42,668 nt of DNA from a virus, in IMG/VR virus record IMGVR_UViG_3300037419_001219; one strand, given 5' to 3'. Below are positions 16,385 to 23,408 of this stretch, piece after piece (within the stretch, counting starts at the first letter, position 1; each line of letters begins with the position of its first letter). Below the pieces are notes generated by a model. It searched no databases, was not told where the DNA came from, and worked only from the letters and a program-made list of their open reading frames with translations. The translations under genes and the position numbers were made by a program.

Positions 16385-16786
16385 CTACTTCCCCTTCGCT
16401 TTCCTATAGGCTTCTGAGAGAGAACGGAGATTATCGATTGTTAGCGAGTAATCTCGAAACGATCCGCATTCCACGATCACGAGCTTCATGGGTGGGATAT
16501 CGACTGCCTCTTCTGTCTCAATGATATTCGCTACCGGCTCCATGACTCTTAGAAGCTCTTCTAGGGTGGTGGTTAGGTCGCAGACCTTTTGCGCATCAGC
16601 CATTGCAGCGGCTTTCATTTCCGGAGACCAACCGCGCGCGTCGTCGAGTTCCTTCCTCAGTCTCTCGTTCTCTTCTTTGAGACGGGTGAGTTCTGCTGCG
16701 GCGTCATCGCCTTGTGGCTCATTTAGAGCGCGAAGCCATGCGCATAATTCATCGTATGCGAAGGTGATGGCGGGATGGGCTGTCAC
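16385..16786 (-). CDS. Hypothetical early protein with a coiled-coil segment
   Basis: 133-aa ORF abutting its neighbours with no gap. Confidence 0.55.
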   Translation of the reverse strand: MTAHPAITFAYDELCAWLRALNEPQGDDAAAELTRLKEENERLRKELDDARGWSPEMKAAAMADAQKVCDLTTTLEELLRVMEPVANIIETEEAVDIPPMKLVIVECGSFRDYSLTIDNLRSLSEAYRKAKGK

Positions 16787-17070
16787 GTTTCAGACTCCGG
16801 CATATATGCGAACGGCCTCCAAAACTCTTCGGTCTTCTCATCGAGCATTAATGGCACCACCAGAAGCATCGCTCTCGCGCGCCAGTCCGACGTTCCGCCC
16901 CAAAAATATTCCCCGGAACTCACAACGTAGGCGTCACATTGCATGCCGACGATCTGGCCGTTCTCTTCTTTTGTGGTGGCATACTCGCTCTTAAAGCCGA
17001 GAGCGCCATTGAACCAAAAGAGCCCGGTCGGACAATCATCAAGCGTTACTGTAGGAAGTGTCTCGCTCAT
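16783..17070 (-). CDS. Hypothetical early protein
   Basis: ATG at 17070 preceded by GGAGAA. ATGA overlaps at both ends. Confidence 0.55.
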   Translation of the reverse strand: MSETLPTVTLDDCPTGLFWFNGALGFKSEYATTKEENGQIVGMQCDAYVVSSGEYFWGGTSDWRARAMLLVVPLMLDEKTEEFWRPFAYMPESET

Positions 17071-17252
17071 TTGGTTTCTCCGAGAAGAGAGCGGGCCAAC
17101 TCTTTCGCTATATCGCGCATTTGTTCCCATCCGTACTTGGCATCGCCCCCGGCTTCACAGTTGGCGACATATATCGCCCAATCTGCAAAGATCATGAGAA
17201 GCTCTACAATATCTCTCTCTTCTTTGAGTGTGGCCTCGTGTGTATTAGGCAT
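17067..17252 (-). CDS. Hypothetical early protein
   Basis: 61-aa ORF, translationally coupled on both sides. Confidence 0.5.
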   Translation of the reverse strand: MPNTHEATLKEERDIVELLMIFADWAIYVANCEAGGDAKYGWEQMRDIAKELARSLLGETK

Positions 17253-17401
17253 TACTCTTTAGCCTCTTGAATCTTCGCCTCGGTGATTATGGAGCGAAGT
17301 CGATTTGAGAGTTCGAGCAGGTATCCATCTTGGCTTCCCTGTGCCTGCTCTCGCATGTCTTCCTCGATCGCTTCTAACCTCGCCAAATGATTTACCGTCA
17401 T
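17252..17401 (-). CDS. 49-aa helical micro-protein
   Basis: Not in the ORF track. MTVNHLARLEAIEEDMREQAQGSQDGYLLELSNRLRSIITEAKIQEAKE. It fills the gap exactly, with 1-nt overlaps (TGATG and TAATG) to both neighbours. Confidence 0.5.
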   Translation of the reverse strand: MTVNHLARLEAIEEDMREQAQGSQDGYLLELSNRLRSIITEAKIQEAKE

Positions 17402-17625
17402 CACGCTTTCTCCTTATGGGTTGCTTCTTGCTGGGCGCGCGTATTCCACTGAGTGATGGCATCGGGCTCGGCATTCGGAGGCCACTCAAATGCGACATTG
17501 CACTCGTCACAGCCGCACCAAGTCCATTCGACAATATTATGCGTCCACAAATCCTCATCCATGCGCTTCGATATTCGCGCCGGTCCTCCACAGAACGGGC
17601 AAGGCAACAGCTTAATGTCGCTCAC
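17401..17625 (-). CDS. Lar-family restriction-alleviation-like zinc-ribbon protein
   Basis: GTG start (GTGA overlap, GGAGGGTG SD). LLPCPFCGG ... CGCDECN ... PDAITQWNTRA fits the recalled Lar family pattern CPFCGG...C..C...eAi..WN.R. Confidence 0.65.
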   Translation of the reverse strand: MSDIKLLPCPFCGGPARISKRMDEDLWTHNIVEWTWCGCDECNVAFEWPPNAEPDAITQWNTRAQQEATHKEKA

Positions 17626-18020
17626 TTCACACCCTCCATAGCTTCTTCTCTTGCGAGAACGGCAGGCTTGAAATCGGTCCAAAAAATGCGAAATCCGCCG
17701 AACGGAAGTGGTCCATATTTGGCGCGGAACCAGTCCCGCATTTGCTCAATGCCCTTGAAGCCATCGACTTTTGCAATGTGATCCGCATCCCCGTATGGAA
17801 GTCTGAAATAGCCGACCGCAATATAGTCGTCAGCTATCGTTATGGGTTCGCAGATCGCGCACTTGGCCGTCCCGATCAGTTCGCAGTTCTTCGTCCGCTG
17901 ACCGGTATAAAGCTGCAGATCATCTCCAGCTTTGCAGCGCTCTGATCGCCGTATGGTTTGCGTCTTCCGTCCCGCGCGAATGTCAGGAACGAATTCGGCT
18001 TGAAAGTTTATCGCGACCAT
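17622..18020 (-). CDS. ASCH (PUA-like) domain protein
   Basis: The N-terminus FQAEFVPDIRAGRKTQTIRR matches the ASCH signature f...i..G.KT.tiR. Confidence 0.6.
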   Translation of the reverse strand: MVAINFQAEFVPDIRAGRKTQTIRRSERCKAGDDLQLYTGQRTKNCELIGTAKCAICEPITIADDYIAVGYFRLPYGDADHIAKVDGFKGIEQMRDWFRAKYGPLPFGGFRIFWTDFKPAVLAREEAMEGVK

Positions 18021-18075
18021 TGTTCCACCGTTGCACTTCTAACGCGTTCCTGGAGGGATTGGAGAGATGATAGGT

Positions 18076-18438
18076 TCATGGTGTTCTCTCGTATTTTCCC
18101 GATCTCCAATTGAACTTGGTGCCGGGCTTCTTTGAAAGGGATGACTTCGGCTTCTTCGCACCGAAGTGTTTCTCAGCCGTGTTGCGGATCTTCGCTCTGA
18201 CTTCAGCCTCTCCGGATGTCTTCGCGCGCGCGCACTTCTCATGTGCCGGCGCGCGGTTTGGAGCCGAATTGTCGCCATTCAACCAGAGAGGATTAATGTG
18301 CTCGTCCCATGCTTCCTTAACGCCATCGATCTTGAAGCCGCAGACGCAGCAAATCCCGCCAGCTTCGACGAACATCTGAAGCTTTTGCTTGGCTGTGAGA
18401 GGCTTTCTAATCTCGACGGCGTAAGGGTTGTGGGTCAT
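18076..18438 (-). CDS. HNH endonuclease
   Basis: CCVCGFKIDG...WDEHINPLWLNGDNSAPNRAPAHEKCH-like core (Cys pair, His, Asn, His). Confidence 0.7.
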   Translation of the reverse strand: MTHNPYAVEIRKPLTAKQKLQMFVEAGGICCVCGFKIDGVKEAWDEHINPLWLNGDNSAPNRAPAHEKCARAKTSGEAEVRAKIRNTAEKHFGAKKPKSSLSKKPGTKFNWRSGKYERTP

Positions 18439-18680
18439 CCTGCTAGCGCCCTCTGGATTTGATTACGCACACCATTGATCTGGATTCTAACCCTCTCATG
18501 TTTGCAGTCCCCGGCCGCCGCTCTCAAAGCCGCAAGGGCATCCGCGAGGAGCAGTTCCATTTCCATTTTCGCGCTCTCTTCCGAGAACTTCTCGGTGACA
18601 GCTGCAAGCTCGTTGAGGCGCTGTTCGGCCCGATCCTTGATGCGCTGGATGCGTTCGAAAACATCATCGCTCATCGCCAA
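18435..18680 (-). CDS. Hypothetical coiled-coil protein
   Basis: 81-aa helical ORF with an ATGA overlap. Confidence 0.5.
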   Translation of the reverse strand: MAMSDDVFERIQRIKDRAEQRLNELAAVTEKFSEESAKMEMELLLADALAALRAAAGDCKHERVRIQINGVRNQIQRALAG

Positions 18681-18841
18681 TTTTCCTGCCGTTCGATCTC
18701 AGTATCGGTATCGATCATGATGGTACGCACGAGACGCGGTCTGACTTCTGCTCTGTCTTTTTGATGAGCCCACTCAGAAATTAGGATACCTGCGAGCACG
18801 AACAGAAAGACGAGAATGATCGCTGAAGCGGTGTTGGTCAT
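18671..18841 (-). CDS. 56-aa single-TM membrane protein
   Basis: ATG at 18841 in ATGA overlap with the RecT stop. TM segment AIILVFLFVLAGILI. Confidence 0.5.
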   Translation of the reverse strand: MTNTASAIILVFLFVLAGILISEWAHQKDRAEVRPRLVRTIMIDTDTEIERQENWR

Positions 18842-19581
18842 TCGGCAGCCTCTTGCGTTGCTGCGAACGACTGCATCTTGTCGTCGAACTCGTCGTTGAG
18901 GATTTCGACCCAACGCGCAGGCATCTGATCCCAGTCGTCGGAATACGTTTGCCGGATGTGCGTCAGGTGCTCGGCGTTGAGCGCATCAGCGATCTCGGCC
19001 CGCAGCGCATTGAATGTCTTGTCGGTGCCGTCCTTCTTGGCGCCAGACGAGGATTTGCGCTTCGGCTCGTCTTCGATCTCTTCCCGGAAATAAAGGCCGC
19101 CAAGCACGTCTGCAGCGCCGTCGCGGCATGCATAGCCACGGGCACGCATTGCCCGCATACGCTCAGGGTATTGCGTCCAGGGCCCTGACTTGTTGGCGAG
19201 ACCGGCTTTCTTCGCATCGAGGTTCGAAAACTGACGCTCGATAACCGTTCCATCCGGTCGCGTGACTTCGCAGTAGGACGTGTCAGCATCGGCCCATTCG
19301 CGGATTTTGAAGCCCTTGGCCCAAAGCAGCGCCGGAACCGCATCACCCCACACAGTTGGCCGTCCATTGATGACAGCGATCTTGTTCATGGCGAACATCG
19401 GCGGCAAACCGATCTCAAGCCCGGTCATGATCGCGACCATGATCTTCTCTGGCGTGTTGAGGTCCTTCGGAGCCAAGCCGCTGATAGAAACAGCCTGCGC
19501 CAAGCGGAAGACCTCCTCGACGTTCTGCGGAATGATGCCTGCGATCTGTCCGCCAGACTTCAATGGGACAAGGTTGCTCAT
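18838..19581 (-). CDS. recT: RecT-family single-strand annealing recombinase
   Basis: GLEIGLPPMFAMNKIAVINGRPTVWGDA ... GPWTQYPERMRAMRARG matches the recalled RecT core. Confidence 0.8.
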   Translation of the reverse strand: MSNLVPLKSGGQIAGIIPQNVEEVFRLAQAVSISGLAPKDLNTPEKIMVAIMTGLEIGLPPMFAMNKIAVINGRPTVWGDAVPALLWAKGFKIREWADADTSYCEVTRPDGTVIERQFSNLDAKKAGLANKSGPWTQYPERMRAMRARGYACRDGAADVLGGLYFREEIEDEPKRKSSSGAKKDGTDKTFNALRAEIADALNAEHLTHIRQTYSDDWDQMPARWVEILNDEFDDKMQSFAATQEAAE

Positions 19582-19970
19582 TTGCCGTCGTCCTTCGATT
19601 GCTCTTCGATTGCCGCAAGGAAGCTCAGCAAGGGTCCGGTTCGCTCAAGGGCTCCAGCTTCCTTTGCTTCGTTCATGAAGTTCAGTTGCGCCTTGACGAG
19701 TTCTTCGTTTGCTTCTTCAAGCGCCTGCTCTCTCTTGACGAGATAGGCTTGATGCTGCGCCAAGCGCTCGGCGTTCTCTGCGATCACTTGCTCTAGGGCG
19801 ATCTTGGCGCGCTCCACATCGCCCTCAGCAACAACGACACGATCGTTTGCGCGCTTTGCAATCTTGGCCGCGTTGTCGATCGGCAGGCGCTTGACGACCG
19901 ATGCGATCAAGCCCGTAGGCGGCTCTGTTTTTGGAACTCCAGCGAGAACGTCTTTCCATGTTTTCGACAT
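19578..19970 (-). CDS. Hypothetical coiled-coil early protein
   Basis: 130-aa helical ORF overlapping the recT start by 4 nt. Confidence 0.55.
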   Translation of the reverse strand: MSKTWKDVLAGVPKTEPPTGLIASVVKRLPIDNAAKIAKRANDRVVVAEGDVERAKIALEQVIAENAERLAQHQAYLVKREQALEEANEELVKAQLNFMNEAKEAGALERTGPLLSFLAAIEEQSKDDGK

Positions 19971-20005
19971 TCGCAGTCATCCCCCGAGATAAATAAAAAA
20001 CGCGA

Positions 20006-20197
20006 TCAGAAGTACGAAGCCATTCGCTGCAAGAGCGATTGTGAGTGCGTTTCGGAGTGGTCGTAGTTCCATTCATCCAGTCCCGATGGGATCACGACGA
20101 GCGCCACGAAAACAAAAGCAGCAGCGACTGCCGAGTACCAAAATAGAGTTCTGTCTGACCTCTCACCGTATGTGAGAAGGCGCTTGTTCTTCCGCAT
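20006..20197 (-). CDS. Small membrane protein
   Basis: ATG at 20197 preceded by GGAG at 8 nt. TM segment LFWYSAVAAAFVFVALVVI. Confidence 0.5.
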   Translation of the reverse strand: MRKNKRLLTYGERSDRTLFWYSAVAAAFVFVALVVIPSGLDEWNYDHSETHSQSLLQRMASYF

Positions 20198-20222
20198 GCA
20201 CAAAACTCCGAAACTGAAAGGG

Positions 20223-20666
20223 TTAGTCTTCACATACCTGAACGATGCACCACTTGTTCAGCATGTGCGCGATGCCGCCGATCTTGTGCTCATGCTTCGG
20301 ACCGAAATCGCCCAGCGTGGCACGGACGTAACGCATGATTTTCGCTATGTCGTGTCCAGGCTTTGGAACGATGCCGAAATCAGAAAGTCTGCCGCCCTCG
20401 AAGAATAGATGCTGAAGCGCATCACAGAACGGTCCCCGACCGCTCTTCTCGTCGTTCGAGAGATCTTCCCACTTCGGCAATAGTTCAAGATATCGGGAAG
20501 GAAATGCACACTCGAGATCGCCAACCTCAGGGATACGGTCACCTGAGGTGTGAATAGATTCTTCCTGCCCGTAGTTTCCAAGCGACTTGGCGACAGAAGA
20601 CATCATCTTAGGGTCTTCTCCGCGGTAATTGGGCTGGAGGTGAGCTCGGCGTTGCTTCCTGCTCAT
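20223..20666 (-). CDS. Hypothetical early protein
   Basis: ATG at 20666 in ATGA overlap with the upstream stop. 147 aa. No recognisable motif. Confidence 0.55.
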   Translation of the reverse strand: MSRKQRRAHLQPNYRGEDPKMMSSVAKSLGNYGQEESIHTSGDRIPEVGDLECAFPSRYLELLPKWEDLSNDEKSGRGPFCDALQHLFFEGGRLSDFGIVPKPGHDIAKIMRYVRATLGDFGPKHEHKIGGIAHMLNKWCIVQVCED

Positions 20667-20983
20667 TCCGCAGCCTCGCGCGGTTCCCACTGCTTCTCAG
20701 CGATAGAGACAGACCAATCGTCGAGAAGGTCCTTGATCTCGCGGTCATATGCGGCTTCGATGGTGTCAGCCAATTCGCGCGCCCAAACCTCGACCTTCGT
20801 CACCGGGTTGACGAGAACGTCGACTTCAAGATCAGGCGTCTTTGATCGGAAACCTTCGACGCGAAGGTGAACGACATGGCCGTCGCAATCGATCTCAGCC
20901 GTTCCGTCGTACCCTTTGCCGTATTCGTCGCCATCAATGTAATGGCCGACTTCGAAATCCATGCTGATCACACCGACGTTCAT
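20663..20983 (-). CDS. Hypothetical acidic early protein
   Basis: 106-aa ORF, translationally coupled. Confidence 0.55.
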   Translation of the reverse strand: MNVGVISMDFEVGHYIDGDEYGKGYDGTAEIDCDGHVVHLRVEGFRSKTPDLEVDVLVNPVTKVEVWARELADTIEAAYDREIKDLLDDWSVSIAEKQWEPREAAE

Positions 20984-21183
20984 CTCTGTGCGTCCTTCTT
21001 TTGAAAATCAGCGACTGTGAGAGGCTCAAGGGCTCGAAGGCACCTTGTGAGGCAGAGCATGTCTTCGCGAAGCGCGAGCGGGGCTTTCTTTCCGCCGTTG
21101 GCTGCCATGAAGCATTCCGCGAGAACGACGGTCGCGCGCCTTGCTCTGATCAAATCATCATGCGTGATTTCGATGCTCGGCAT
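20980..21183 (-). CDS. First gene of the early-left operon, hypothetical
   Basis: ATG at 21183 preceded by AAGGAG at 8 nt. Confidence 0.55.
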   Translation of the reverse strand: MPSIEITHDDLIRARRATVVLAECFMAANGGKKAPLALREDMLCLTRCLRALEPLTVADFQKKDAQR

Positions 21184-21206
21184 CCAATGCGCTCCTTTTG
21201 AAAACC

Positions 21207-21251
21207 GGCCAGATGAGAGCAACCGTCCCTCAACGTTCGTCTCATCTGGCC
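21207..21251 (-). promoter_or_regulatory. Leader stem-loop II (perfect 12-bp stem), terminator-like on the minus strand
   Basis: GGCCAGATGAGA (21207-21218) pairs with TCTCATCTGGCC (21240-21251). On the minus strand it is followed by GGTTTTC, then the SD of the first early-left gene. Confidence 0.55.
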
Positions 21252-21288
21252 CTCGGTGGCCCCCGCCGCCGGTATGAATTTCATGGGC

Positions 21289-21351
21289 GCTGCTGCGAAG
21301 ATGCGGGTAACGTCATCATGACGGGCCACAACGGCTCACCTTCGCAGCAGC
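21289..21351 (-). promoter_or_regulatory. Leader stem-loop I (perfect 12-bp stem) with a nested palindrome
   Basis: GCTGCTGCGAAG (21289-21300) pairs with CTTCGCAGCAGC (21340-21351). The inner palindrome CGTCATCATGACG lies at 21311-21323. Confidence 0.55.
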
Positions 21352-21415
21352 ATGGACAAGGTTCCGAGTGAGACGGGAGGAAGTGTCGGTCCTCAGTGCT
21401 TCATCCATGACCAAA

Positions 21416-21456
21416 TCATTATCGCAAGATTTACTTGCACGCAAGAATTTCTTGCG
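21416..21456 (-). promoter_or_regulatory. OL-type operators overlapping a PL-like promoter
   Basis: Palindromes GCAAGATTTACTTGC (21424-21438) and CGCAAGAATTTCTTGCG (21440-21456). Minus-strand promoter: TTGCGT (21439-21444) N17 TAATGA (21416-21421), or N15 GATAAT. Confidence 0.6.
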
Positions 21457-21512
21457 GATGTGGATAAAGTTTTTTGGCGGGGGTGTCTTCCACCGCTTTC
21501 AGACGGACTGAA

Positions 21513-22124
21513 TCAGAGTTGGGAAATGTGCGAAGCGAAGCGCCGCAATTGCTGGCGTGCGTGGCCGGTCAGGGAGCGCGGTCCCCACTGGCGCTTGGCC
21601 ATAGAAAAGGCTTCCTGCCACTCCGGTTGCGGGACGCGCCATAGGTCGACATGACCCGGATGTGGGTGCGGAATGTTCAGCAGCCGGAAGGCGAGGTTTG
21701 GCGCTCGGCGCCTGATTGCGTCTTCGATCTCGATTTCCCGTTCGCCGGCCGCGTAGGTCACGAACAGCAGGGCAGCATCGGGCCGGTCGATCATCGTCCG
21801 CAGCTTGGCGCAGAGGTGCTCATGGCGCGAGCGCGCGGTGTCGTAGCTGTCCAATCCCTCGGGAAACTCATGCGGATGGAACGTGCCGTAGCGGCGATTG
21901 CCGATGAACCCGTCCTGGTCGCGAACGTAGAGATCGTCACGCTCGAACATGCCGCGAAAGTCTGAATCGAAATAAGCGATCAGAGCATCGGTCGGGGTAT
22001 ATTGCGACGTGAAGGGATTATTTAGACGTTGATGACGCGGGAAGAATTTCCTGGCCTGCAAACCAGGCAGGCAGCTCGGCCCGAGACTGACGACATAATC
22101 GAAAACGAACCGGCGTTGAGCCAT
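21513..22124 (-). CDS. 203-aa protein co-transcribed with the repressor; possible DUF1796-type papain-like cysteine peptidase
   Basis: Its start overlaps the repressor stop (TAATG). VVSLGPSC..NPFTSQYTPTDALIAYFDSDFRGMF and HPHEF recall the DUF1796 SLGxxC ... PFDW ... HxF pattern. This is memory-based and not searched. Confidence 0.6.
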   Translation of the reverse strand: MAQRRFVFDYVVSLGPSCLPGLQARKFFPRHQRLNNPFTSQYTPTDALIAYFDSDFRGMFERDDLYVRDQDGFIGNRRYGTFHPHEFPEGLDSYDTARSRHEHLCAKLRTMIDRPDAALLFVTYAAGEREIEIEDAIRRRAPNLAFRLLNIPHPHPGHVDLWRVPQPEWQEAFSMAKRQWGPRSLTGHARQQLRRFASHISQL

Positions 22125-22780
22125 TATCTTTTCCGAGTTGTGCGCCGAAATTCTACGACAACGCCAAGTATATCGGCCGGATTCTTAGAATTGACAGTAT
22201 ACGTCGTTAAATCGGCATTGGGCGTCGTAAGATCAAACGCCTCGAATCCCGTGCTGTCTATTCCCCGAGAGACATAGGTGCGCAGAATAAGCGCGTCACC
22301 GGGGAAACTGGCCACAACAACGTCGTTGTCGATTGGCGAAATCTTCGGATCAACAATGCAGATGTCGCCCTCTTGGTAGAGAGGTTTCATCGAGTTGTCG
22401 CCAATAGAAACAGCAAAACACTCTTTGAAAGATTCTGATACAGCAAGCATATCGTCAGCATACGCGCGCAAACTATTTGGGAGATCTCGCGCGTCCCCCG
22501 CTTTTAATATTGTTTTTTCTATGCGTAGCAGCGGAATTTTATGCGACTCCAAAGTAACACTGTCAATGATCTTTGCCGGTTGAGCAAAAGGATCGAGTTT
22601 CGCGATATCAATTTTCAAAATGCGAGCAACTAGAACAGCACGCTTGCGCTTCGGTCCACTTGTACCTTTTTCCCATTGCTGCACGGTCTGCCGGCTGACC
22701 TCGAGCTTTTGCGCGAGGTCCTCCTGGCTGAGACCTGCCGCGGCGCGGGCGTCTCGAATGAGCTTTGCAATGGAAACCAT
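22124..22780 (-). CDS. CI-like lysogeny repressor (XRE HTH plus S24 LexA-type peptidase domain)
   Basis: LSQEDLAQKLEVSRQTVQQWEKG forms the HTH. An Ala-Gly site occurs in LKAGD. GDNSMKP supplies the Ser and a distal Lys is present. The ATG at 22780 has no SD. Confidence 0.85.
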   Translation of the reverse strand: MVSIAKLIRDARAAAGLSQEDLAQKLEVSRQTVQQWEKGTSGPKRKRAVLVARILKIDIAKLDPFAQPAKIIDSVTLESHKIPLLRIEKTILKAGDARDLPNSLRAYADDMLAVSESFKECFAVSIGDNSMKPLYQEGDICIVDPKISPIDNDVVVASFPGDALILRTYVSRGIDSTGFEAFDLTTPNADLTTYTVNSKNPADILGVVVEFRRTTRKR

Positions 22781-22783
22781 ACT

Positions 22784-22865
22784 TCGCGAATAAAGTTCGC
22801 GAGGCAAGTTCACAACGCAAGATAATATTGCTGGACCGTGGACAAACCGCAAGAATTTCTTGCGG
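22784..22865. promoter_or_regulatory. OR-type operator cluster between the divergent repressor and cro-like genes
   Basis: TCGCGAATAAAGTTCGCGA (22784-22802, 7-5-7). GCAAGATAATATTGC (22817-22831, one mismatch). CCGCAAGAATTTCTTGCGG (22847-22865, perfect 9-1-9, same core as 21440-21456). Confidence 0.65.
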
Positions 22866-22878
22866 ACGCCGAAATTCC

Positions 22879-23127
22879 ATGGCATATCGATTTGCCATGA
22901 ACGCAATCGCAGAAGCAATTTCGAAGGCTGGCGGCCCAACCAAACTTGGTCGGGCGCTCGGCATCACGCGTCAGGCCGTTGAGCAGTGGAAGGGGCGCGT
23001 CGTCCCTCCCGAGCACGTTCTTGCAATAGAGAAGCTGACCGGCGTCACGCGTTACGAGCTTCGCCCCGATATTTACGGACCACCACCGACAAACCCTAAG
23101 CATCGGGCCTCAGCCCGAGCTGCATAA
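22879..23127 (+). CDS. Cro-like / YdaS-type HTH protein
   Basis: KLGRALGITRQAVEQWKGRVVPPEHVLAIEKLTGVTRYELRPDIY matches the recalled YdaS/Cro-type pattern. An alternative ATG lies at 22897. Confidence 0.7.
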   Translation: MAYRFAMNAIAEAISKAGGPTKLGRALGITRQAVEQWKGRVVPPEHVLAIEKLTGVTRYELRPDIYGPPPTNPKHRASARAA

Positions 23128-23296
23128 GCAGTCCTGCGTTCCATCTAGTTCGCGTTGCGTGAGTTGGCTGGCGGTTATTGCCGTGGCCATCGGAGCAAGG
23201 ACTTTGCCTGGGTAATGATGCTCAGGATCGCCTCGCCCTGCAGCGAAAGCGCTCCGATGGTCACCGCTGTAAGCGTCCTTGGACTCCCCTGAACTT

Positions 23297-23325
23297 GGCC
23301 GGGGCTTCCCAGCTCCGGCCTTTTT
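23297..23325 (+). terminator. Rho-independent terminator after the cro-like gene
   Basis: GGCCGGGGC (23297-23305) pairs with GCTCCGGCC (23312-23320, one G-U), followed by TTTTT. Confidence 0.6.
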
Positions 23326-23350
23326 CTCCGAGGGTCCGCAAAAATGAAAA

Positions 23351-23381
23351 GAGCTGAATCCGGGGGCTCCAGATTCAGCTC
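23351..23381. promoter_or_regulatory. Perfect 10-bp stem-loop upstream of the replication genes
   Basis: GAGCTGAATC (23351-23360) pairs with GATTCAGCTC (23372-23381), with an 11-nt loop. A T-rich tract occurs only on the minus-strand side. Confidence 0.45.
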
Positions 23382-23408
23382 AGACGCTCATATTGGGGGT
23401 ACCAAACG

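Noticed and set aside
17259-17591. 110-aa minus-strand ORF.
   Set aside because: It overlaps the Lar-like gene in another frame and is Arg/Ser/Gly-rich. The gap is better explained by the 49-aa ORF 17252..17401, which couples precisely to both neighbours.
21352-21654. 100-aa plus-strand ORF in the OL/leader region.
   Set aside because: It spans the operator/promoter region and runs antisense into the 203-aa gene. It has no SD and an implausible composition.
21207-23381. HK022 put-like RNA antitermination elements in both early arms.
   Set aside because: Two-hairpin leaders exist on both sides, but the left and right hairpins share no obvious sequence with each other or, from memory, with putL/putR. 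The idea is kept only as a hypothesis inside the leader findings, not as an identification.
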